A stretch of DNA of 64,000 nucleotides from Lingula anatina (lineage: Eukaryota > Animalia > Brachiopoda): positions 31,124,001 through 31,188,000 of the forward strand of contig CM120642.1 of NCBI GenBank assembly GCA_051362555.1, written 5' to 3'. Below, in pieces: positions 1 through 15,000 of this stretch; the stretch's first letter is position 1; every line of letters begins with the position of its first letter. The translations under genes were made by a program, and so were the position numbers. The notes beneath the pieces are model-generated. The model was not told the origin of the DNA. It worked only from the letters and a program-made list of their open reading frames with translations, and did no database searches.

Positions 1-2309
1 TACTATCATTAAAACTTTGAGTTCTGTTGTATGGGTGAATTTACAAGGGCGGAACTGTGGTTTTCCTATCTGTAAGAACAAGATAATGACAGAATTAGGA
101 GACATCAACATGTAATTGTTATGTTTTGAGTACCATCACAGTCTGAAAATGGGAATACCTTGCAAATTGTGTTGCCCAGTGCACAGACTTTATGCTTGAT
201 GTGTCCCTGTAAATGACTTATGTGCCAGCGTGTGTGTGGGTGGGTGATGCTACATAAGGATGATCACATAAAACAGATAGTATACTACACAAGAGATAAC
301 ACTGTCACAACTGTGTGTGTGTACGAACAGGTGTTTGTATGTGCGTGTGTGGTCATTTACTGGCATGGAAGATCCTGAGTTGTGTTCACATCTGATCTAA
401 CTTAGGTCCTTTTTCACATTTAGAATATTACAGTGCTTTTAGCTGGACCAACTTATAGAAACTGAGCAGTCTAGACCAAATAACAGAGCTTCAGCATTAG
501 GCAAAGCAAATTAACTAAAAAGCAGGTAGCAAACTTGTGAAGTACTTGCAAAAAAGGGAGTAAAGCATCTCAAAGTGGATTGGTAAAGTTAAAAGTACAG
601 CATGATTTGAAAACTTGGGCCTTAATTGGAGCTAAAATGGCCAAACTGTAGTCTTTGCATTGTTTAAATTACCCAAGAAATCCCGCATGATGTAATCTGG
701 TCATTTAAGGACGGCTTTTAATCTACCTCCAGTCTAAGTTGACCCTGCTGTCAACAGAGCTTCCTCTTACTTAATGTGATATATGGGACTTGCTTTGAGT
801 TTTAATCTGAACCGTTTCCGTCTTAATACAAGAAAGCAGTCTGTGCCACTGATCCCAAGGTTGCGTAGGTTTTGGCAAGAATGTTTGCACAAGTACAACA
901 TTCCTTTTCAAATCATAAAAAAAGTTATCCAACCCTCCTTTATCCTTTTTCTTCTATTTTCAAATTTCTAGACACTAACTGTTTCTAAGAATGATAGAAA
1001 AGAATTCATCTATCTTCTTTATTTCTTCTTCTTCATCCGAGTGAGAGAGAAAGGGTAGGGTAAGGCATTTCACTTGTCTCACTTGTCACCAGATTAATAA
1101 CAATAACAATGGTGTCATCTTTTGACATTTCTGATTTTCAAAATATCACGTCTTCTCTAAACAATAAGTCCCTGGAGTGACTACAAACGGTTTTAGCCAT
1201 CATCACTTTAGGCGTGGTCTTCACTAGAACATCATATAATATCTACCCTGGCTATGACTGCTACGATGACTCAAATTGGAACATGGCTTGCTGGCTGCAC
1301 ATGGAGCTCAGGTTTCAATAACACATAAAAAGCCTTTTTTTTTTTTTTATAAACGAGGAAATATGAAGCAGGAAGAGAATGTGAGACGGGTAAAGAATTT
1401 GGCTTTGCTGCACTTAACATGACACGTTTTACGTCATAATTCTGCTGAGAATGTGATTGAAATGGAATGTAAAGCCCTTTACTTTTCACATCATGCAGTA
1501 TACTCTTCATTATGAGAGATTGCTAACTGAATAACCCAGTTCTTACTCATTTAAAGAGACCCCAACCAACCCCCCCCCCCCCCAACCCGATGTAGCCACT
1601 TGACCAGATTAATTTTGATTGACCCAAACAATTTGAAAGGAACTGTGAAATGGGTGCACCCCCCCCCAAAAAAAAAAATAATAATGATAATAAATAAATA
1701 AATAAAAATAAAAAAAAAACATTGTTACATGTTTTGACTAGTCAAAATGGTGTAAAACAGAAAAGTATATCCCACAATGTGAAAAAGGCCTAAGGTTCCT
1801 TAACTTAACTCACATGACTAGCTTGGCCTCAAACAACTTACCAGTTTATGAATTATTGTGGAATTTGTATAATTTGTCATAATAATGTCCCCTCACGTAC
1901 TAGTACGACATTATCTGATATCTGGCATCTGGACACAGAAAGAATTGAGGAAGTTGGCAATCTTTCTAATATAGTTTGTCCGGGTCTACTATTACTAATG
2001 GTCTATGTCATTGTCCTGGGTTTAAATGGGGACCTGCATTAGTTTTTTAACTGACCAGTCATTGTTTTTTTCAGGAGTGTGTGACAAAGTTTTTTATTGT
2101 CTGAGCCAAAGGGCAAAAATTAAATGATAATGTTCTACATAGCTTAACTGACCACATGGCATTTTTTTTTTTCGAAAGGGTGAACACAGTGTATATGGGT
2201 GTGTCCCAGAGCATGCTCCAGATGGCCACTCACATGCTTACTTGCCCGTGTCAGTGGTGAAAACCTTAATGGCTACCTGCACACAACATATCGCTAACTG
2301 ACCACTCAC

Positions 2310-2456
2310 CTTTTTTAATCTTCCGCGTGGGTGAGGACGGTGGGGAGTGGGACCCGTCTTCTTCTTCTTCCTCTCCTCCTGCCTGGCAGAAGGCACTGGG
2401 GTGGGGCAGCATGCCATTCACTGTGTTGGGGATCACGGTGGGAGTGTACATGTGAT
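2310..2456 (-). CDS. ELF/E74 common exon (DHMYTPTVIPNTVNGMLPHPSAFCQAGGEEEEEDGSHSPPSSPTRKIKK)
   Basis: ttccag acceptor, G|gtgagt donor, 147 nt, phase 1-1; overlaps ORF 2266..2451. Confidence 0.85.
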
Positions 2457-2990
2457 CTGGAACACAGACAAATTAAGAACATACATCATAGAGAACTATA
2501 TATTATTCCTCCCTAGTTCTGTACCTAGAGATGTGGCACTATACACTTTATTCGGCTTCATCGAATAATACACTACCAGCCCTCTTGCTATATATATGTA
2601 TCTGAACAGCTCTTGCCAATGCTTGAAGTGTTCTGGCATAAATAGCTCAGGTACCACTGAATTACCCCACACATATCAAAGTGAACTACATATTTTTCTT
2701 CCTTATTTCTATATTAAAGTACTGCTGAGCCTGTTCAAAAAACACTTTATTAAATTGGAAAAAGGGTGGGGTGGGGGTGGGGGTGGGGAATAAGCTTTAA
2801 GATGAGAACACAACTGTATATATTCCATGCTATGTTCAAAGGTTATAGGTTTTGTCTATCATAACAGAGATTGTCTGTGTTTCAGGACATATGTTATGCT
2901 GGTGGAGTACATGCAAACTTGAAATAAGAAAGAGATTCTGTATATATGAATTTTACATGCAAGTCAAAAGGGTCGCAATCTTTCCCAACC

Positions 2991-3029
<39 letters not shown>

Positions 3030-6000
3030 TGAAGATCTGAGTGTATCTTTTTCTTCATAATGTTTGGTACCAGCTCCTCCCCCAACCCTATTCACTGTCA
3101 AACTTCAACCCAAATTTCATACCCACAGAGTGAACGGCCATTCCCCTTCCATCAATAAACAGATAAATATGATGCAGAAAAAAATGACTTCCTTTTCAAG
3201 ACACAATAGTTTACTAAGTTAACCCCACAATGCCCCGGCGCTCTTCGGATCTTCACCTGCCAACAGCTATAATAACAACTCATTGTCTCCCAGCTCACAA
3301 TGAATGGGAAGGAAGTCATCTATTTATATGTGGATACTATATTTATCGTGACATGCAAAGACTCTATCATTTAAGCTGATAAAATCACAGCTAGCAGAGG
3401 AGCACTTGGGACAACACTGAATGCGAAAGTGCACAGTACATATATTGAGGCGACCAGAATCTGAACTCTTCAGTCAGCTCTCTTTCCTTCATACTATTCA
3501 TAGTCTTAAACACAGCACATAATATCATAAGTTTGCACCAACTGAAATGGTACTGCACTTGGAAATTCATAATTTTAATTGAAAATGTTAAATGACGACC
3601 CTCATTTCCATAAATTACACCCATCCCAAAAATGTTTCCGAAAAATAAATGCTTGCTTGGGTGATAGTGCAGTAAAAAAAATGAACAAGACTGAAGAGTC
3701 TTACCAAAAATATGTGCTTTATGTGAAAAATCTCAACCCATTAAATGCATGACTTGCACCATCATATTTTTATTTCCTTGAAGTGAAGTTGTCATATCAC
3801 AATGATGTTTCAACTATGGACTGAACTATGCTGTAGTATACAATAACTGCACCTTTTGAGGTCTTCCAACAACATGTAACATATTTGCTTCAAGAAAGAT
3901 CTTACTAGCAGTCACCCATTGGCAATCTTTCATTTCAATTATTCTACCTGATAGGTTGAAGCCCACATGATAGAAGTTGTTCTTAGCAATATGTATGAGG
4001 AGAGAAAGAACTGAATAATATCCTGATGGTAACAGGTGTCCCCTGCGTGTTTTGCAACACAAAGATAATAGTACGTGTATCGGTGTAAGATGTTCGTGAT
4101 CACTAAGTTTTCCCCATTACACAGAGCAGTGTTCCCTGATCCATAGTAGTAGTTATTGAGTGCTCTAAGATCAATTTATAATGGTACATCAAGACCTAGT
4201 TTCTTCTCTCTTTACCTAAACTGAGACTTGTTCTTATTCTTTCAACTTTAGCGATACTGGAACAAAGGATGGATCAAATGCTCTTTAATGACAAAGCTTA
4301 ATTTGCTATTGAACTCAAATGGTATTTTCACTTTAGGTTGTATATTAAGTGCTTGGAATATATAATATTTTAGTAGGTTGGATTTTGCATCATAATTTTT
4401 TTTCTCCTATATTTAATAAACATTGAATTTTAACTGTTGGTGAAGTTGAATATTTACGCTTTCTGCAACTATTTCCACTGGTATATTTTTCCCCTTAAAA
4501 AAAGAATATTAAACTGGAAAAAGGTTATATTTCCAGGCAATTTTTTTCCTGCTGCTACAGAAACCAAAAGGAGCATTGATAAAACTTATCTTAACTCCTA
4601 ATAATTCTTAATACCATGCACAAACAATATGTATCATATTATTTTTTGGCATTTCAATAAATGACAATTTTCAAGCATATGAATTTGGGTCTTCTTCACT
4701 TTTGAGCAATAACAGAGCTTTGTTGTACTTAAGAACATTGGCTATATAGAGGCTTTATCTACTGTCTGATTATGTATGCTAGTACTGGAGCCTTCTCAGG
4801 TGTGGACTGCATAGCTAAATGATCTTCAAATGTGAACAGGGCAATTCCAACATCAGGGTGCCAGGCTGCGGTGGCTCTTTACCTATACTAATACATGTTT
4901 CCAGAAACAAATAACGCCTGTTTAATTATTATGTGCGCTCTGCCTTACTCCTTGTGGCTCAGTGGTACCAGCTGGAACGGTGGCAAACCACAAACTTTTC
5001 TAAACCTCGTTAAGAATTCCACCATCATCATTACGGGAATCTAATTGCACTAATGTCAATACCTGGCTAAGCTTTTAATGTCTACTACTTCCTATTCCTT
5101 TACTGAGGACCTGGCATTAGGAAAAGACGTAAAAAAATATAAACCACATACGGGTCAGGCTTGCGGTCAAAGACCAAATTATAAGGTCCAGAGTTTTTAA
5201 TTGACATAACACGTTGCCTGGTACGACCATACCCAAACTTCCTACTTCTCCTGCCCAAAGCCGCTGGCGAGAAGAGATGCTATGTAGGTACAGCAACCTG
5301 TCTCGCCAGAGGTTGGGCTTATGCACACAAATTGATCATTAAAGATACGAAGCCATTTAAAATATGAACCAATTAATTTGTAGGTTTGCTTTTTTTTTTT
5401 TGTCAGTCATGTTGTTACACTGTCAACATGAACAGCTTAGTTGTAGGTCATGCAGTTTATAAAAAAAAATTAAGAAAAGAAATGAATTTTAATTTTTTTA
5501 TCGTGCTGCAGCAAGTATGCATGACATACTGTATTAGATGATCGCTTCGTATTATTTCCTTCAGAGCCACCACTTTCATATTTACTACAACAGGGCACAC
5601 TGTTAGAGTTGTAAACACAGATGACTGTTATAATAATCTAAATAAGAAAGATATGAAGGCCATTTCCAAGACAGTTTATCATTTTCAGTTGAGGTAAATG
5701 TAAACATCTTGCTCTAAACATAGCTTGCACTTCCTTGCAGCCTCATATTTTTTTCTCTCAATATATTAACATCAGGAATCTAAGTTGCATTGAATAGACA
5801 TAATTGTTTTCCCTGCACTGTAACGCCACCTGTGAAGTAATCGTAAATCAGAGAAAACTGACACAAATCCAAGGCCTCTGACGGATGTTGTGACCTCATC
5901 AAACTCAAAGGAGGATGCAATAATGAATGGTGGGGCAAATTCATTCATCACAAAACATCTAAGAATAATAGATGAGAAGCTTTCATCTATGCTGCTTGGT

Positions 6001-9000
6001 GTAATGCACACCTCCAACTGTTGCAGAAAGGTGTGCTTTGGTTTATCCTATCATGTTTTGATGTTTTTGCTTCCTTTTTTTCTCTAATATTTTTTCAACA
6101 AATTTCATTGCCCCAAAAGCATATCAAAAGCATAGGAAGTCAAGATGTAAGACCAGAACAGAGATGAAAAAGATACAAATTTTCAAAAGAAACAATAAAA
6201 CATAGCATTCTATCTGCCTCTACAATTCAAAACCACTCAAAAATACTATGACTTGTAGATAAAACCTTCACAAATAAGAGAAACCAATTCCTGAAATATA
6301 AGTATCACAGTTTATTGACAACTTGCCTCTCAATTTACTCCTGCAAGTTCTGAACTGAGTTCCTGTTTATGTTACGTTTACCTGCGTCCATTTATATTCC
6401 TGTCTACAGATGCCCATGTAACAGGACCTATTTTTACCCTTCCCCTCACGTCATCTCTCACCCAAAATGAAGTTGGAGGTACAAATGGGTGTTATTTGAT
6501 GTGGGAAAGTGCCAGATCCTGTACCACTTCCTGGCTTTGCAGCACAGAAATAACTCTCTTAGTGCGTAAGAGACCTGACTCTCAAGTTCAATCTCTGGCT
6601 GCTAAAACTCTTTAAACAATTTTTAGAGCTTTTTCTCTCTATTTGCCTATCTAACCATTCAACTGACCTTCACTTAAACCATAAATTTGACAAAAATATC
6701 AAGAATGGCACATAAGGGTATAGAAAGTAAAAAGCATTACAAAAGGATAGTTACCGCTAAAAAACAAGCAATTTTACAGAGCCTTGGAATAAGTGTCGGA
6801 CATTTTCACTCACCAAGGTGATGACAGTGTAAAAGCAACTTTAATGTATGAATGCTCACCTGGCCTCATTGCGATGTGTGTTATTCCGTGGTGAAAGAAG
6901 GAGGACTGTGGGGGCAGCACTGTCGGTGCACCACGGCAATATGGCGGAATGAAAGTTTCTGTGGGACTGTACAAATTGGAATTTAGACCTGAAAAATATA
7001 AAATAACAGTTATCACAAGGGTAGAGCTTGATTTTCAAAATGTTTGATTTTTAAATTGTTCTAAAGTATGGACACGTTTTCTGTTCTGCAATACCAGGCA
7101 ATCATACTTATTGAAATAGAGAATATCTTTTGATTTGAAGGAATGACAAATCAGTCACATTCACAAGAATATTAGCTCAGAGAAGTTTTGGTATTATAAC
7201 CCCCCCCCCCCCCCCCCCACTCTTCCCCAATACTTGGTACCAAAACAAGTCCATTTCACTTAACTATTAACTGCTGTCAAATTACACGTACATCATGAAT
7301 GATTTGCAAACCAAAAGGAAGTTGAAGACTTTTTCAGGATTCCCATACCAAAAATTCTCCCATACAAAGTTAAAATGAATGGTTGTGATTCGCTTTCAGA
7401 CATGCAGCAGCAGCAAACAATGAGAGGTCCCAACGCATTGCCATTCTCTGCACCAACTGCCCTGGATCCTCTCGCGAATTGAGAAACTTTGGAACCTGAG
7501 TCTCATTAAAAAGCTTTCAAGCGCAAAGATGAATTGTGCTACCAATTAGTTATCATAACTATGACAAAAACTGCTACAGACTTTTACAATCCCTTGCAGG
7601 CAACCAAGACCAACATAGAAACTCATTAACACTCGACGTAAACTGAAAGAAATGGTATTTCCGTCGGTAACTTTTACCAACTGCAACGATGACGTAATGT
7701 CCATGAGAAAATAGCAACACATCAGCACCAAAAAAAGATCAACCACAGATGACAAATACTTCATAAAACTCTCTAAATATATAGAATGAATCACTATTCC
7801 ATTGGCCTTTCCTTCCTATTGTGGTGACTGTGGTGGAATGTTTCTGTCACAACAAGAAGCTTACCATTTCTTTTTTTTCCAACTTACCAAGAGGAAACTG
7901 ATAACAAGTAACATACTGTGTTCTTTGATTGATCTATAATCACAGAAATTAATTAAAACAAAAGAAGAAAGGGGAAAAAACAGCAACCATTTTCCAGATC
8001 TAAACACATCAGGGAAAAGGCTTTTTAACTTTCAAATCAACCATGCCCTACATTTCACCAGCTACTTTGCAACATATCTGGCTAATAATATCAAGATTAT
8101 TTGTGCAAATATGAAGCCATCTCTCAGCGCCAGCTAAGACAACACTGGCCCCTGCCAGGTGGCCTCTGTCTGGGCCTATTAACCATTTCTTTACTTCCTG
8201 GTTCCAGCAACTGCCACTGTGACAATGTGGCGCCTGCACACCAGCTACTTTGCCTTGGGGAGGCTTTACTGAAAGACTTTTTGTCCCAAAACTTCCTGGT
8301 GGCAGGACAAATATGAAGAATGTGTGTTTGATGGAATGAGACAGAAAGCCATATGCAGCCCTATCTCACTCAGTGAGGTATTGTCTGGAGAAACAGATAC
8401 TTCCCGATTTCTGACAGGAAATAAAGTGTGGGAATAGGTACATACGTACCACATCCTGCCCTGAACTCATTCAGAGCACAATACAGCTTTTTTTTCATAG
8501 AGGATGCTTAATTTGCTCAGTTATTGACTTAAATAAAAAGAAACCTGATACTCAGTAAAAAAATTGCTTAGGTTTCTCCTGAGGGGGTATGGGCACACAC
8601 CCCCTACGAATGTTGAAAAGAGAACATGGTTTGTTTTGGTGTGCAACTGCAATGTTCAGTAACCTTGAACCTGAAAAATCCCAAACCTTTGTGTGATATG
8701 AAACCTTTTTAATATTTACCTTTTAATCGTATCTTGTTCACCTCGTCACTGCTACTCTCTGGGTCTGAGTACCCGCTGTCAGCAGGGCTAGGGGGGAGAG
8801 AGGCTGGAAAAAAAAACAAAAAACAATTCAATATGTATCACAACTTACTATACATAGAAAATAAAAATATCTCTCCCTACAAGTTAAGAAAATAAATCGC
8901 TGGCATGCATAGACACTTCAAGGTGTAAGATTATTTTGGATAAATGAGTGACACTTGGAAGACAAATACAGGTTAGTGGATGCTGATGACACAAAGCCTG

Positions 9001-11336
9001 TGCCTGAATTTATCTTCATGAAAGTCTGGCATTCATGTTGTAAAATTGGTGGTAGTTAGGGAGGCCTGGATTCCAAGCACTATAGACTTATGGAAAAAAA
9101 AAAACAACTGGCCTTGAAAGGACACATTCACAACCACTTGATCCAAGGACTAACAGATCCTCTGATCAAATACGGCCAATCCACTTGAAACTTTGATGCA
9201 TAATCCCCTAATAGACACGGAATAGATTTCCCACAGGGATTACGCGGCAAGCTTTCAAGTGGGTCAGCCATATTTCGTCTGGGAATCTGTTAGACCGTGG
9301 ATCAACTTCGGTCATGAATGGGGCCTAAGTCGTCCCTGGGAGCAAGGAGTGCAGTGTTATCTTGTTGACTTCAGATCACCCTCCATATCTTATCAAGGTA
9401 CAAAGTGGGATTCGTAATTGTTGACACAGGAGGGTTGAATTTTCCATTGGAGTTTCTGAGGGTTATCAACCCCACAAATAAAACTTGAAAGACTAATGGG
9501 GAGGGGGAAAAGTAGGCTAATGTACTGAATGCTGTCTCATTTCAGTCTAATCAGGCTGCTTTATAACATATTCTTCAGAATGAATTGTAATTTAATGGGA
9601 AATCTTATGCCTGGCTCAATCACATTATATGTATTGGAACATTGCCAGGGGCTCCAGAACTGGAGTAGTGCTTTAACCACCCAATTAATACATTTAGAAT
9701 ACCGTTTTAATATTATATAACCCTGATGTATCAAGTGTCTGTAGGTGTATTACAATGCTGTTGGGTATTTGTAAAAACCACTTAGGAATAAATGATAATG
9801 TTAAAAATGGGCAAACTTTGAGAGATAAATGAGGATTAAGAACAAATGTAAACATTATGGACCTGGTAAATCTGTCAAATCATTGTTATTCCAGACAAAC
9901 ATGGAATTCTATTTATAAGACTTCCAACACATTAATGGAAAATTAAACAATATATGATATACAGAAAGTTTAGCAGTGACACCAAATGGGGACTTAATGA
10001 TGAGTCACTTCTATTAATGAAATAAAGAAAAGTAGTATTATATTGAGAATATTTGTCCAAAAGATTCCAAGCTTGAAAAATAAGGCTCGAATAACCAGGA
10101 AAGTACTTTTATTTAAGTATACATATTTACCAGGACACTAAGGACTTTTAAAAGCCAAGCAGTACATATCAGATTTGAGAGAGAAAGACAACTTATTAAT
10201 AATCTGGCTATTATATGATACAATGACCACAATGGAGTTCAACACAACCCAAGAATTAAAGTACACTATCCATATTCCAATGAAAGCCAAGGGTCTTTAA
10301 TTTTTGGGCTGGGGATTGGGGGGGGGGGGGGGGGGGGGGAGTAGAGAGGAAAAGAGACCATTTATAAAGTACTTTTATTTCAAAGTAGTACACATATCCC
10401 AGTGTACTTAAAGAGGTAATTATGCCCAACATATCAATCCTGGTATACTCAGTACATTAATCCTTCAGATACTCCCAGTTTCTTAGAATTTGCAGTCATG
10501 CAATTTTGCAATAAATCAATATGGCTTTGCTACTCATATTTTGGGGTTATTCCAGTCGTAATATGGGCTTGAACTTCAGAAACAATTCCAAAACATGTCT
10601 ATTAAGAATCATCCCACTGACTGTGACAACGCAATAACAACCATATAGTTTATAAAAAAAAACAGGACCCAAATCAATAAACTTAAGTTTTCAGATGTAA
10701 ACAGGTTTTCTGACACAAATGATTCAGCATGGTTCTTGGAATTTTGTAGTTGTTTATTGATTCCAAAGGGTTCAAGGACCTCTTAGTGTGCTGATCACCA
10801 GTACTTCTACTGTTCTGGTAGCAAACATCAGGTGCAAGAAGTCTTCCATGCAGTCTGATTATTATTTAGCTTCTTGCCAGCCAAAACTTGTGATTCCATA
10901 CAGTATATAATTAAATCTTTGTGTCTTTAAAGATCTAACAATGTATTAACAAACTTGTTTATTTACAGATACAATGAATAAATGGATAAACAAACTAACA
11001 AACAACAGAGCAATTCCAATGTTATAAAAATAGCCTTGAAATACTAGGGATTTGTTTATAGTTGATAAACAAAAATGACTTTCCAATGCTTATAAATACA
11101 CAGACACCTTACCAGTTCAACTCAGAGTCTGAGTGATTAACTACCAAGAACTGTTTATCACAGGCCACCAATAAGCTTAAAGTCTAAGACTGCATTCCCA
11201 TAAACCCATCCTACTAGCTGGATAGATCTCACTCTGTGACTTTAGAACAGATATAGACAGGGACATAAGTCGGGATGATATTTTCCATAAAATCCCACCT
11301 CACCCCATCACAAATCCCAAAATACATGCACATGAA

Positions 11337-11415
<79 letters not shown>

Positions 11416-11998
11416 TACCAAGATCACATTACACAATATTTGTTATTACAGGCGTTCCACAAAAATTACAGTTGATGTCGTTGCTGGGTTATTTTAGAAA
11501 TTGCATTTATGTAAACACAATGGCACATACGTAGCCTTGCGTCATGTGTACGTCAGGCATTGATTCAGAAAAATATCACATATTTTCAGACATGTTCTCA
11601 ATTGTAACCAAAATAAAGACAACTTGTTATTCAGTTCAGGGGGGTTTTATCTCTGCCATCCCTCAGAAGGTAACAGATCCTAAACAAATTATAGTGTCAT
11701 CAGAATCTTTCTACTCTGGTGACATTTATAAAATACCAGTGGCGAGAGGAAACATGGAGAGCATGGACTGTGAACATTTACAATTCTCTCCTCGTTGTTT
11801 TACATGGATACTAATGGTACCCTACTACACCTGGCACACCAATCTCCACTAAATATCTGATATATGATAAAGATAAATAATTTCTGAAATAAAACGTATT
11901 ACCAACACAATATTTATTTTAAAGAAGTGAAATGTTGTGGACAAATATGGTTATGTCTGTATTTAACAATACCAGCCAATGACAATGAGCTATTGACC

Positions 11999-12029
<31 letters not shown>

Positions 12030-15000
12030 ACACAAAATGATGGCTTTGTGTAAGGACATACTGTAAGCCTGTATCCGTACATAAAAATTACAGTGAACAC
12101 ATCAAACATCAACCAGGATACAATCAAGATTATAGTGGATCCAATTTACAGACATATCCGGCTGAGAGTTCAGTTTAAGTTATCTGAATACCTGATAAGG
12201 TTCAAAGGCAATGGTATCAGCCCTTTTTTCTTTAAATAAAGCCAATGAACTAAATGTGACTTCAATGAAAATGCCGTAAAATCCTCAGATACTTTTTATG
12301 TCTTTTTTTTTATCAGTTTGTCCCCTGATATTTTAAATATTTTCATACAGATTTAATAAGAAGATATTGTATATGTATATAAAACTTCATTATCTGATGC
12401 TGGCCCTTGTTGTGACATAAGAACTGTTGGTGACAAAATTATGCACAAACACCAGAAGTTTGAAGGGTGGGAGAATAAGGAAGGGAGTTAAGGGATAATC
12501 ATTTTGTGACTTTCATCTTCCAGTGAGCACAACCCTAACTTTTTTTACCTTGCATCTGTGCCTGCTTCTGTTGCAAGATCCCCTGAAGGAAGGTTTTGGT
12601 CTCACTGGTGGTGCTGGGAGAATCCATGCTGAGTAGCGCCTCCGCCGCCATCTCTCTTCCTGAGGGCGTGTGTTCTTTCTCGCATGTTTCCACTAGAAGA
12701 ACAACCCAATAACATATCTTTTAATTCTTTGTAAAATATTTATTCATGAGACTATTAGATCCTTTGCAGCAAGTGCAAAGTGCTTCTAAAACAAATTGTT
12801 CTTGAGGGCTAGTTAACTTTTCTTTTGCATTAATAAATCTGAAAACTAATTAGATATTTTGATGATTTTTTTAAAATCTTAAATAAAAGGGGTACGTGTA
12901 AGTCAGACCCAAGCAGCATAGAGGTCTCATCCTATGCTGTCAAATAATAAAGTACTCTCCACCCAAAATTGTGGCAACTAGTCAAATAGGAAGCTGACTC
13001 AGGCGAGGTGAGTATAGCCTGTTTGTGGGTTATACGACCACTTTCCGTAGTTTATAAAACCACAGCAGGTCCTACTTAATACTCTTCAGTGACTAATAAC
13101 GGAATTTGTTTTTTGTTCTTGTTTTTAAGATTAAATGCTTTCTCAAGATGCGATTGATCTGAAGTTTATTCACTTGAGATCATACATTGAAGGTATATGA
13201 AAACATTACCTAAGGTTACAAACAAATTTTACCAAATTAAATGATTTACCTCTAAGATCATTTTGTCAAGATTACTATTTATTTATCAAAGACACCCCCC
13301 CCCCTCTTTAAAAAAAAAAAAACATGTTTGATGCCATGATCCTAAAAGCTGAACCAATAAGGCCTTTAAATGTTGCCAAGTTTGGTAACCATAATTCTAA
13401 GTGACAATATCAAAGCAACCTAACACTGAAGGTCCTTTGCTCACTGTTCACCATAGACGTCATAAGTAACCTGCATACCTTAACAACAGGTGAATTACTA
13501 CCAAACACAATAGAAATACTGTTTATTCACCTTCAAACAAGAGAGGTCAAATCTCTTGCGTAGGCTCTCCTAATCTTTACTACAACATTTGGAGGATAAG
13601 ACATTATTTTCTAAACTCCTTTAATGCTATTTGTATTGTTACGCCTTTCTTAATACCTTTAATTCGTGTCAGGTTGCTGAGTAAAGGAGTGTTGGTGCAT
13701 CATGGAATTCAGACATGTGATTTCGCATTATTCTTTTTTCTTTTATTTTGCTAAACAAACAGTTACAATACTTCCTACTTTTTGGTCTGAACATATTTGG
13801 AGGGTTGCCAGGGGCGACACGCTACACCCCTTTTGTATCAATGTCAAAGAAAAACGGCTTCAATGAATCATGAATAAAAATTCAATTTACAAATACGGAA
13901 ATGTAATCTGGAACCACTTTACACTAGGTCTTGAATGCAGGAAGCAGCAAATATAACGAGACAGAAAAAATACCAATAACACCACAAAGTGCTAATTTTT
14001 ACTTTCCTTAATAAAAAAGTAGTCCGAGTGTACCAACTACTACTAAATCTATGTCTTTCTTATAATATGCCCCTTGGTAGAATAATTGCTTTCAGCTTGA
14101 TATGCAGTGACCAGAAAAAGAAATATCAATAATCAAAATTGGGAAGAATGCCCGAGTAATAATGAGATCCAGTTTTTCAGAGAAGAAACGCTTTGATTCT
14201 TTTGATATACTCAATTCTGTGAACTTTTGCAGCATTTAGCCAACATTTTTATGTTCTGCGGAGTATCAAGATCGCTGACTTTGACTGTCCAGACTCGGTC
14301 CAGACGTCCCCTTCTCAAATTTCTCTTTGTCCTCCTCTGTCAAGAAGGGGTCAACACAGCCTCCCAGCAGATGTTCGCTAGCAAACCACCTGTCCCTGGC
14401 AATTCAATCGTTATATAGAAATCTAGCAACAAACCCCATTTACTTTTAAAGTTCACCGCAACAGACACAACAGGGCCCATTTAACCCAAGAGCAGAGAAA
14501 TTAACTTAGAAATTAGGTTCTCCGTACTAATGTATTCATTATCCAGAAAACTTGACAACAAAATTGAATTAAAAGTTAATTCCAATAGACACAGCACATC
14601 AATATAGCCCAGCATTGTAAAAACACTAAGAAGATACTCTAAAATTAAGAGTTTGGAAAATACAGATTGTCTAGCAGTTAGAGGTGATGCAAAAAAGGGA
14701 AGCAGAAAAGTTATTTTGAGTACCATGTAACCATTTCCATGATAACTTGTAATTCCATCTCCTCCCACACTGCCAGGATTACAGCAGTCTCCACCATTTG
14801 AGTGAGATAAATCCCGATTATATACGACATCAAGCATCATTTCCATCATTACCCCCCCCCCCCCAATAAGTAGAGTGAGTCACACTTCAAGGTTGGTCTA
14901 ACATCCATCTGTTGTTTCCAAAATACCTGTTACTACTTACAACTGACAAATGTAACACATCAAAATCCAATATCATTAACTTTTGAGTGTAAATAAAATT

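Noticed and set aside
1-2309. Search for the ETS-domain exon (LWEFL...)
   Set aside because: No such coding sequence was recognised on the minus strand; it is presumed to lie left of the window.
10316-10339. Poly-G/poly-C runs here and at several other sites (possible G-quadruplexes)
   Set aside because: Scattered homopolymers appear to be a genome-wide background feature with no positional pattern.
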